A program made the position numbers and the translations under genes. Below, one piece after another: positions 10,070 through 17,799 of a stretch of DNA of 64,000 nt; the stretch's first letter is position 1; each line of letters begins with the position of its first letter. Below the pieces are notes generated by a model, which was not told where the DNA came from, searched no databases, and worked only from the letters and a program-made list of their open reading frames with translations. The stretch is from the IMG/VR virus record IMGVR_UViG_3300044846_005229, positions 62,001 through 126,000 of that record; one strand, given 5' to 3'.

Positions 10070-13000
10070 TCAGGACAAGATGTTGGTGATCATAGCGCCA
10101 GAACCGATAAGACCAGATGCACCGAGGCCAACCAAGTTAACCACACGTTCGATGGTGATTTCAGCACGCACGACACGGCGTTCGCGAATGTAGTACTCCA
10201 ATTTGTTATCGTAAAGGCTCTTTATCCCTTGCTTCTGCATGTTTCTATGCAGTTCAGACTATATCATCGTTTTGTAAACAAAACGTCAGGCGCTCGTGGA
10301 TTGTTCACCTGTTCTAGGCTACTTAATCTAGTCGTTGGACCTTGCTTTTATCCCTAAAAGCCTTGGCTGCTGATTGCCTTGTGTTTCAAGGAATTCACTC
10401 CTGAAACCGTCAGGTTTCCCAGCAATTCACCTAATTTCTTTTTATGTCAGACCCCAGTAGTTAAGGACGGACAGCGGGTGTTCCTGTGAGTTGATCATTT
10501 TTGTTAGCGTGAAGGTTATTTATCCTCCACTTCTTCACATTTCTGCAAAGATCAGACTATATCTTCTTCCTTGAAATTCCTTATAAACCTTTGAAGAGTT
10601 TTTGACCTAAACCCGTTTTTCTTTGTGTCCAGATTTAATAATTGACCTAAGAGTATGTCCCCAGGTTTGTTATTTTCAATCCATACTTGTCTAATCTTAT
10701 CCTTCATTCCCTCCAAGTCTTTATTAGAGTTTGGGTGAGCATAACCCCTAGGGGTATTTGAAGAATTTAATCTTGCCTTTGAGATATTCATCCGCCTCTC
10801 TGGTGTCAATGATACACCTTTTAGAGACTCGGCAATACGAAAATTATGGGATTTAGACCTGACATAGTTTTTACGGAGAAATTCGTAGATTCTCTCACCC
10901 CCGACTGAACTCATTCTGAATACTGCATACCATAGACCTTCATGGTCAAGGTACATTTTATTCAAAAGGCGGTGAAGTATAAAGTGTTGCCTCAAGGTGG
11001 GGTAGCACAGATTTTCAGGGTCCGTTTTACTTCCGCCTAGGCATTTTGGAACTATGTGGTGCTCTTCAGTTTTGTGGGACACAGGACGAGTTTTGGGGCA
11101 TTGGTAAATTATTTGCCAATACCACTTTTCCCATTTATTAAGAAAGTGACATTCAAGGAGTGGGGCGCTCGTGGATGGGTTATTATTTTCGGTATTCACC
11201 ATCTAGTCGTTGAACCTTTTGACTACAACTCTATTATAGCATAGAGTCCGAAATAGTCAACTTGGCTGCTGATTACCATAGCTTTCAAACTCTCGTTTGA
11301 AGCCGTAGGCTTCCCAGCAATTCACCCCATTGATCTGCGGATCAGGCAGATAATTTGACGTTACCGTCAAACCACGCATTCAACTCGTTTGAAAGAAACG
11401 ATGTTATTAACATACGTGTAACTGAAGGACGGAGTCGCAGCATTAGCACCACCCGCAGGCATGATCGAATCAGAAGGGCCGTTGGGGCTGTAGAACAGGA
11501 GGATGCCATTGGCGGGGAAGACAGGCTGCAAGGAGCCGTCGTTGGCCAAATAACGCCCTTCAGCTACGCGCAGGCCACGCTCAAGACCGAAGTAGCGAGC
11601 GATGACATCTGTGTCGATGCTATCGGCGGAAGTGTACTTGATACGATCAAGGATCGCTTCGTTGGTCAGCAAGAGGTCGAAAACCGAAGTTCCAAGAACA
11701 GCGGAGTTCGGACGAATGCCGATCTGGTTGGCAACAGCACGCTTCAGAGTCAGGATGTCCTCAATGGGATTAGAGGTTGCACCAGACCATGCGGCAGGGC
11801 CAGTGGCTGTGCCATAAGCGGTGTTGAAGGCGGTCCAGGTTGTAAAACCAAGACCAGTTTGTGAGCCAGGAGTCCCATTGTAGGGCTCGTATGGATTGTA
11901 GCTGCCAGTCACTGAAACAGCTTGAGCAACGGTGTACTCGTAGCTGTTCATCCATTATGTTATCGCGAGGGCTCTTTATCCCTTGCTTCTGCATGTTTCT
12001 ATGCAGTTCAGACTATATCATCGTTTTGTAAACAAAACGTCAGGCGCTCGTGTCAGCTTCATTACTGTTCTAGTAGTATGCTGTTAGTCGTTGAACGTTC
12101 CGTCAATCCCTTGACGGCTTCGCTGCTGATTACCATAGCTTTCAAACTCTCGTTTGAAGCCGTAGGCTTCCCAGCAATTCACCCAATTTTCTAAATGAGA
12201 TCAATCTCATAGGGCCAATGTGTTTAGCCTAGACATCGCATTGCGAGTCTCGACGGCGCGTAGCATTTGTTAACTCAGCGGCTCTTTATCCACTGATTCA
12301 TTACCTTGTCGTTGGTAATGTTCAGACTATATTATTGCCCCACTATGTACACGATTACTGTACTTTGTAAGACATTGGGCGCTCGTGTCAGCTTCATTAC
12401 TGTTCTAGTAGTATGCTGTTAGTCGTTGAACGTTCGTTTTCTCCCGAAAACGCTTCGCTGCTGATTGCCCACGCGGGGGTTCCAGCAATTCACCCAATTT
12501 AGAGTGGACCTACGCTGCGATCGAAATCGTTCGTAAAAAATAATCCACTTGTGCAGGACCTTCTCCTGCGTTCTCGATTCAATAATGTTATCGCAAAGGC
12601 TCTTTATCCTTTACTTCTCTCTGTTTCCAGAAAGTTCAGACTATATCTTCACCCTTATCAGGGTGCTGGGCGCTCGTGTCAGCTTCATTACTGTTCTAGT
12701 AGTATGCTGTTAGTCGTTGGACCTTGCTTTTATCCCTAAAAGCCTTGGCTGCTGATTACCATAGCATCAAACTTTCGTTTGAAGCCGTAGGCTTCCCAGC
12801 AATTCACCCAGTTTTTCTATCAGTTTTTCAACTGACGGAGGCTATCGATCTAACCTCTTCCAAGGTTGTTATCACAAAGGCTCTTTATCCTTTGCTTCTG
12901 TAAATTTACCATCTTTACAGTTCAGACTATATCACCACCCATTTTTGAATGATATCCAATCTAAGTCTTTTGAAGGTACCCAACCTTGCTCAAATTTACG

Positions 13001-15850
13001 AACCATGCGGGACACAGAAGTTGATCTTCTTACTCCCACTAAAGTTGATAGCTTTACTCCACCACATCTATGGTGAAGCCACACATTATAAATTTGATCG
13101 GCGATCATCCAAAGATTTTTGGCTTGTCTACTTGTGGATGTAGCCGTGTTTCTATATGGGGGTATATTATAACCGTGCTTAGAAACAATACTCTTTCCTA
13201 AATTAGGGAGCTTTGTGTAAGCTTTAACTAAATGAGGATGCTTAGTGTTATTCAAAAACCTAGTTATACTTCTAGCTATAAACGGGGTCATTTCCATTTT
13301 ACCTAATAAAAGATGTAGAATGTAATGTTCCCTCGGAGTTAAAGTAACTTTCCAGTGTCGATCTATATGCTCCCAGTTTTTGGGAAATAAGCATTCTGGG
13401 ATGACGTGGTGTTCTTCTACTGAGCCTTTAAGATAGCTAGACCCGTTGGTCCTTCTTTTTTCGACTTTTTGGATTATACTCCAATACCACTTCTCATATT
13501 TACTTGAATAGTGGCAAGTTAGGTGTTGGGCGCTCGTGGATGGGTTATTATTTTCGGTATTCACCATCTAGTCGTTGAACCTTTTGACTACATTCCCATT
13601 ATAGCATGGGAACCGAAATAGTCAACTTGGCTGCTGATTGGCCATTAAGTTGGAGGCTTTCCAGCAATTCACCCTATTATTCTTACCGCGCTAACTAGGC
13701 AACGGCAAGGCCCAAAGATTTAGGCAATTCCCATGCGACCACTTCCTGCTCCAGAGCATAGGGCTCGGAGTCGTAACGGCTTTGGACGTAGGGGATGTTT
13801 GTCATTTGTTAACGCAAAGGCTCTTTATCCCTTGCTTCTACATGTTTCCATGTAGGTCAGACTATATCTTTGCCTTACATTACCATGTAGGGCATTGGGC
13901 GCTCGTGGATTGTTCACCTGTTCTAGGCTACTTAATCTAGTCGTTGAACCTTGCTTTTATCCCTAAAAGCCTTGGCTGCTGATTACCATAGCTTTCAAAC
14001 TCTCGTTTGAAGCCGTAGGCTTCCCAGCAATTCACCCAATTTATTTACGGCACAAACTAATTACCGTAAGCACGACGGAAGTCGTTGATAGCAACACCAT
14101 GTTATCGTAGAGACTCTTTATTCCCTACCTCTGCATGTTTCTATGCAGTTCAGACTATATCATCGTTTTGTAAACAAAACGTCGGGCGCTCGTGGATTTT
14201 TCACCTGTTCTAGGCTACTTAATCTAGTCGTTGAACCTTGCTTTTATCCCTAAAAGCCTTGGCTGCTGATTTCCCTCGCCTTTACGTTAGGGGTTCCCAG
14301 CAATTCACCCAATTTTACAACAGCAAGCTATTTACTGTTCCTTCAATTATGTTATCGCAGGGGCTCTTTATCCCTTGCTTCTGCATGTTTCTATGCAGTT
14401 CAGACTATATCATCGTTTTGTAAACAAAACGTCAGGCGCTCGTGGAGTTTTCATCTGTTCTAGATTACTAACTCTAGTCGTTGAACCTTGCTTTTATCCC
14501 TAAAAGCCTTGGCTGCTGATTACCATAGCATCAAACTTTCGTTTGAAGCCGTAGGCTTCCCAGCAATTCACCCAATTTTTCATAACCCCTCACGGAGTTA
14601 AGCGGCATATGGAATACCGAAGCGCAGGATACGTCCTGCACGAGTTGGAGTGTCTACCACCGGTGCTATGAATAATATACAAAACTTAACGTTTTGCTCT
14701 GCATGTTTCCATGCAGTTTAGACTATATCATCATCTTTGCCTAAGCAAAGAGTCGGGCGCTCGTGGAAAGATTATTCTTGGGTCAGTCACTTTCTAGTCG
14801 TTGAACCTTCTTACTTCACTCTTATTATAGCAACAAGAGACCCGAAGTAAACTTGGCTGCTGATTGCCTCTTTTGCATAGCAAAAGTAAGGTATCCCAGC
14901 AGTTCACCCGATTATTCGACAGGGGTCACCCCCTGAAGGAACCTCATTGATTCGCAATGTTGGTAGACGGTAGCATGAAACCTTGCGCGAGGGTGGTGAG
15001 ACATTTGTTAACGTAGAGGCTCTTTATCCCCTACCTCTCTTTGTTTCCAAAGAGTTCAGACTATATCATCGTTTTGTAAACAAAACGCCCGGCGCTCGTG
15101 GATTTTTCACCTGTTCTAGGCTACTTAATCTAGTCGTTGAACGTTCCGTCAATCCCTTGACGGCTTCGCTGCTGATTACCATAGCATCAAACTTTCGTTT
15201 GAAACCGTAGGCTTCCCAGCAATTCACCGGATTTTCTTTGTTAAAAACAAAGCCACTCCTTTAAATGGGCAATATGTTATCGCAAAGGCTCTTTATCCTT
15301 CACTTCTTTACATTTCTGCAAAGGTCAGACTATATCATCATCCTTTAACTCCCATGCTGAGGAGTCAAGGAGCTGGGCGCTCGTGGAGTTTTCATCTGTT
15401 CTAGATTACTAACTCTAGTCGTTGGACCTTGCTTTTATCCCTAAAAGCCTTGGCTGCTGATTGCCTCTTTTGCATAGCAAAAGTAAGGTGTCCCAGCAGT
15501 TCACCCAGTTTTCTGCCATCATTAAAATGACAGGGACCCTAATTAATCCACACCTGCGTAGGTCTGTTGTAGCATTATGTTATCGTAAAGGCTCTTTATC
15601 CTTCACTTCTTTACATTTCTGCAAAGATCAGACTATATCATCAACTTGCAAGCAAGTTGTCGGGCGCTCGTGGATTGTTCACCTGTTCTAGGCTACTTAA
15701 TCTAGTCGTTGAACGTTCGTTTTCTCCCGAAAACGCTTCGCTGCTGATTACCATAGCATCAAACTTTCGTTTGAAACCGTAGGCTTCCCAGCAATTCACC
15801 CGATTTTCATCCCAAGGTTACCCTTGAGCGGAACCGCCATGATTCATCAT
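10070..15850 (-). CDS. Major capsid protein (lambda gpE-like), spliced from 14 exons: 15850-15842, 15572-15546, 15269-15265, 15001-14950, 14672-14616, 14343-14334, 14094-14063, 13802-13722, 12860-12853, 12579-12543, 12263-12226, 11952-11414, 10495-10464, 10198-10070
   Basis: Joined exons total 1056 nt in one open frame, 351 aa: MMNLQQTYAGVDPILTTLAQGFMLPSTNIANFIAPVVDTPTRAGRILRFGKEQFAINDFRRAYGTNIPYVQSRYDSEPYALEQEVVAWELPEEVIENAGEGPAQVDLRAVETRNAMSRLMNSYEY...PSFSYTYQLTGTPAVRPEYYIRERRVVRAEITIERVVNLVGLGASGLIGSGAMITNILS*. The DP.LT..A.G, FGKE.F, W....SNPIEDI and PSF.YTY motifs and the position after portal-protease-decoration fit a gpE-type capsid. Confidence 0.9.
10199..10463 (-). ncRNA. Group I intron 13 of MCP (265 nt)
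   Basis: P/Q/R/S core; P1 UCCU/GGGG; terminal G. Confidence 0.9.
10552..11202 (-). CDS. Intron-encoded HNH homing endonuclease with NUMOD3-like DNA-binding motif
   Basis: EEHHIVPKCLGGS...PENL...RQHFILHRLL; RIAESLKG...RMNISKA; the last codons (DIV*) are the intron S element. Confidence 0.82.
   Translation of the reverse strand: MVNTENNNPSTSAPLLECHFLNKWEKWYWQIIYQCPKTRPVSHKTEEHHIVPKCLGGSKTDPENLCYPTLRQHFILHRLLNKMYLDHEGLWYAVFRMSSVGGERIYEFLRKNYVRSKSHNFRIAESLKGVSLTPERRMNISKARLNSSNTPRGYAHPNSNKDLEGMKDKIRQVWIENNKPGDILLGQLLNLDTKKNGFRSKTLQRFIRNFKEEDIV
11233..11260 (-). promoter_or_regulatory. Sigma70-like promoter inside intron 12 P6 region
   Basis: TTGACT-16nt-TATAAT with extended -10 TG, about 30 nt upstream of the HNH ATG. 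Confidence 0.65.
11953..12225 (-). ncRNA. Group I intron 11 of MCP (273 nt)
   Basis: P/Q/R/S core; P1 GGCU/GGCC; terminal G. Confidence 0.9.
12264..12542 (-). ncRNA. Group I intron 10 of MCP (279 nt)
   Basis: P/Q/R/S core; P1 GUGGAU/GUCCAC; P10 GCGUAG/CUACGC; terminal G. Confidence 0.92.
12580..12852 (-). ncRNA. Group I intron 9 of MCP (273 nt)
   Basis: P/Q/R/S core; P1 GAGGU/GCCUC; P10 UCGAU/AUCGA; terminal G. Confidence 0.9.
12932..13567 (-). CDS. Intron-encoded HNH homing endonuclease
   Basis: EEHHVIPECL...LTPREHYILHLLL HNH-type motif; lies inside intron 8. Confidence 0.8.
   Translation of the reverse strand: MVNTENNNPSTSAQHLTCHYSSKYEKWYWSIIQKVEKRRTNGSSYLKGSVEEHHVIPECLFPKNWEHIDRHWKVTLTPREHYILHLLLGKMEMTPFIARSITRFLNNTKHPHLVKAYTKLPNLGKSIVSKHGYNIPPYRNTATSTSRQAKNLWMIADQIYNVWLHHRCGGVKLSTLVGVRRSTSVSRMVRKFEQGWVPSKDLDWISFKNGW
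13598..13625 (-). promoter_or_regulatory. Sigma70-like promoter inside intron 8 P6 region
   Basis: TTGACT-16nt-TATAAT with extended -10 TG, about 30 nt upstream of the HNH ATG. Confidence 0.65.
13803..14062 (-). ncRNA. Group I intron 7 of MCP (260 nt)
   Basis: P/Q/R/S core; P1 UUACGGU/GCCGUAA; P10 GUUUGU/ACAAAC; terminal G. Confidence 0.92.
14095..14333 (-). ncRNA. Group I intron 6 of MCP (239 nt)
   Basis: P/Q/R/S core; P1 ACAGU/GCUGU; P10 AUAGC/GCUAU; terminal G. Confidence 0.9.
14344..14615 (-). ncRNA. Group I intron 5 of MCP (272 nt)
   Basis: P/Q/R/S core; P1 CGGU/GCCG; terminal G. Confidence 0.9.
14673..14949 (-). ncRNA. Group I intron 4 of MCP (277 nt; terminal A)
   Basis: P/Q/R/S core; P1 GAAU/GUUC; P10 AUGAG pairs with the 3' exon UUCAU; last base is A. 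Confidence 0.85.
15002..15264 (-). ncRNA. Group I intron 3 of MCP (263 nt)
   Basis: P/Q/R/S core; follows the 5-nt exon CCCAT; P1 CCAU/GUGG; terminal G. Confidence 0.88.
15270..15545 (-). ncRNA. Group I intron 2 of MCP (276 nt)
   Basis: P/Q/R/S core; P1 GGAU/GUCC; terminal G. Confidence 0.9.
15573..15841 (-). ncRNA. Group I intron 1 of MCP (269 nt, no ORF)
   Basis: P GGTGAATTGCTGGGAA, Q AATCAGCAG, R GTTCAACGACTA, S ATGATATAGTC; exon ends in U with a P1 U.G pair; terminal G. Confidence 0.9.
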
Positions 15851-15972
15851 AATAGATGATTTCCTTTTCTAGGTTGACTTCAAAGATTGCCTTGGCAATC
15901 TAACCCCAAAAGTTCGAAAACTCTAGGGTCACTGTAGTTATACCCACACTTTGCTAATGGAAGCCTAACCAT

Positions 15973-15999
15973 AAAAAAAGGAGCCCTTTTCGGAGCCCC
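15973..15999 (-). terminator. Rho-independent terminator between decoration gene and MCP
   Basis: Minus strand GGGGCTC-CGAAAA-GGGCTCC followed by T7. Confidence 0.65.
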
Positions 16000-16021
16000 A
16001 TAGTAAAAATTCAATCAGCAA

Positions 16022-16495
16022 TCAGTTGAAGGTTGCAATAACCAAGGTACGACGACCGATCGTAACAATCTCACGAATGAGTGGGGTGGTACCATCTAGG
16101 GTAACGTTCACACCGCTGTTGGCGGTTGGGAGTGCTTTACCGTCGGTACCAACAGAAAGGCGGCTACCAATGGTAAAAGCAGCGACAGCCGAAGCGCTTA
16201 CTTCGACGATCAAAGAGCCGCTACTAGCGACACTAACTTGACGGGCAGTTTGAGGTTGGGATAGTGCAGTCGGGATATAAGACTGGCTAACACCTACGAT
16301 GGCCCCGGTAAAGGATGTTAAATTACCAGGGGAGCAGACTAGATTAGCTCCGGCATAGGTTGCTTGAGCGACAACCGAAAATTCGGGGATTTCGACTACG
16401 CCAATACTACCAGCTTGGTTGTCGGTAGCGGCTTGCCAGGTGGAAGCATATCGGATGTACTGTTTTGCGTAAACGGGTGCAATGTTTAGACTCAT
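16022..16495 (-). CDS. Putative capsid decoration/cement protein
   Basis: 157 aa, rich in small residues, GAIVGVS...V..SGSLIVE...IGSRLSVGTDGKA pattern; immediately upstream of MCP. Confidence 0.6.
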   Translation of the reverse strand: MSLNIAPVYAKQYIRYASTWQAATDNQAGSIGVVEIPEFSVVAQATYAGANLVCSPGNLTSFTGAIVGVSQSYIPTALSQPQTARQVSVASSGSLIVEVSASAVAAFTIGSRLSVGTDGKALPTANSGVNVTLDGTTPLIREIVTIGRRTLVIATFN

Positions 16496-16584
16496 GATCT
16501 TTTTCTTAATATGTGTTGACTTTTGGTTTACTCTAGGACTTGTTTTTCACCTAGCTGATGTGATAATTGGTTTTTACCCAGCCT

Positions 16585-17001
16585 TTAGGTTAGGAGTTTT
16601 GATACTCTGGATGGCTGGAAGGTAAGGCTGAATTGGGCTACCTCTCCACTATCACGACTGAATTTTGGTAAGGAATAGCCAATTAGTTGGCACCCGGTGA
16701 GTCGATATTGGGAGGTTACTTCTATGCCATCCGTTGGGGTGATCCCAAACTCTAGTGTGAAGGAATCTTCGGACCCCTTCTTAGTACCAAGGTGTTCTAC
16801 ACAGTAGTTAATAAGATCTTTATAGTAAATCGGGTCAAAGCATGATCCAATCGTGATAGGGTCATATGACACTGTTGTGCCAATCTTGTGGGCCTTTAAT
16901 TCAGATGCAGTTATAAAACTTGCCCTATAATTCATTTCCCCGACATCCTGTGACAGGGAGATTTCTATGTGACATTCTGCAATTGGTCTAAGGATGGCCA
17001 T
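16585..17001 (-). CDS. Second tail-tube-like protein (divergent paralogue)
   Basis: Probable start is MAILRP at 17001, the same N-terminus as 9598-10041; shares Y.L.GC and RDSG.V..F.L. Confidence 0.65.
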   Translation of the reverse strand: MAILRPIAECHIEISLSQDVGEMNYRASFITASELKAHKIGTTVSYDPITIGSCFDPIYYKDLINYCVEHLGTKKGSEDSFTLEFGITPTDGIEVTSQYRLTGCQLIGYSLPKFSRDSGEVAQFSLTFQPSRVSKLLT

Positions 17002-17032
17002 TTTAGTTCTCTTTTTGTAAATTTGTGTAAAA

Positions 17033-17794
17033 TCAACGGTAATCAACGATACAGCGGCATCTGTCATAGCATCTGCATCTTTGTCCAGGAAGTGGTAAGG
17101 AACCGATTGGTTGCCAACCTAACTTCTCATATTCTTTGCAATCTCTGCAAGTTTTCTTATCTTTTTTGGCAACTCGCATCATTTCTTTATGGCCTTGTTC
17201 TTCCTTAACTAGGTAATCCCCCAGTTGGAAAAATGCGTAAGCTGGGGTAACAAGGTAGCGAGAAACCCTAGAAAAAACCCCTTGCCAGGTTTGCCCCACA
17301 CCGGAATCAATCGAATTCTGTATGGCATTCTGGACCTCGGGATCCTCCGAATCGTAATCAGGATCCTCTAAAATATCCCAATCATAGTCGCCAGATGGAC
17401 CTTTGGAGGCAAAATCCATTTCGTTACCAACGATGGAGATTACATTACTATCAAATCGAGCCTTTGTCACATCGAGGAATTTAAGTAATGGTGGCACCAA
17501 TTGTCCAACAACTGTTGGCCATGCTTTTTCCAATTTTGCTTTAGGCTTCGATGATGCTGACCCAAGGTAGACTCCTGCTAAAGATGCCTCTAAGGTTTTG
17601 TCAACCATGGCACGAGAAAACTCGTCCCACTTTATGTCTTTGTCCTTCAGAGACTTAACTAAAAGCTTAGAATCCTTAAGCATCATACTCTCTAGGTTCC
17701 CGATGGTTTTAGCTTTTTTGGCCAGGGATTCGGCATTAGAGAAAAAATCTCCCCTCCTTTTAGTGACAGAGCCAATCAGGGAGAGGAGATCCAT
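17033..17794 (-). CDS. Head morphogenesis protein (Mu gpF / SPP1 gp7-like)
   Basis: C-terminal D.KTCRDC...LPLPGQRCRCYDRCRC motif; located in the head module. Confidence 0.6.
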   Translation of the reverse strand: MDLLSLIGSVTKRRGDFFSNAESLAKKAKTIGNLESMMLKDSKLLVKSLKDKDIKWDEFSRAMVDKTLEASLAGVYLGSASSKPKAKLEKAWPTVVGQLVPPLLKFLDVTKARFDSNVISIVGNEMDFASKGPSGDYDWDILEDPDYDSEDPEVQNAIQNSIDSGVGQTWQGVFSRVSRYLVTPAYAFFQLGDYLVKEEQGHKEMMRVAKKDKKTCRDCKEYEKLGWQPIGSLPLPGQRCRCYDRCRCIVDYR

Positions 17795-17799
17795 TTAGC

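Larger units (their letters stand above)
10496..11413 (-). mobile_element. Group I intron 12 of MCP (918 nt) carrying an HNH homing endonuclease gene
   Basis: P/Q/R/S core; P1 CACGU/GCGUG; P10 GAGUUGA/UCAACUC; terminal G. Confidence 0.9.
12861..13721 (-). mobile_element. Group I intron 8 of MCP (861 nt) carrying an HNH homing endonuclease gene
   Basis: P/Q/R upstream and S downstream of a 211-aa HNH ORF; P1 GCCU/GGGC; terminal G. Confidence 0.9.

Noticed and set aside
11367-11951. Stand-alone 194-aa gene, or a truncated capsid pseudogene
   Set aside because: It is exon 12 of the spliced capsid gene; its last 14 residues are read-through into intron 12
9818-15691. Short plus-strand ORFs with similar sequences (e.g. 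11922-12194, 12551-12739, 14983-15210)
   Set aside because: They are antisense translations of the repeated intron cores
10199-15841. CRISPR array or simple tandem repeat
   Set aside because: The units are about 240-280 nt with ordered group I P/Q/R/S elements, and the intervening pieces join into one reading frame; there is no repeat-spacer periodicity and no cas genes
10199-15841. Group II introns, retron or diversity-generating retroelement
   Set aside because: No reverse transcriptase, no GUGYG/AY ends or domain V, and no adenine-specific TR/VR pair were seen
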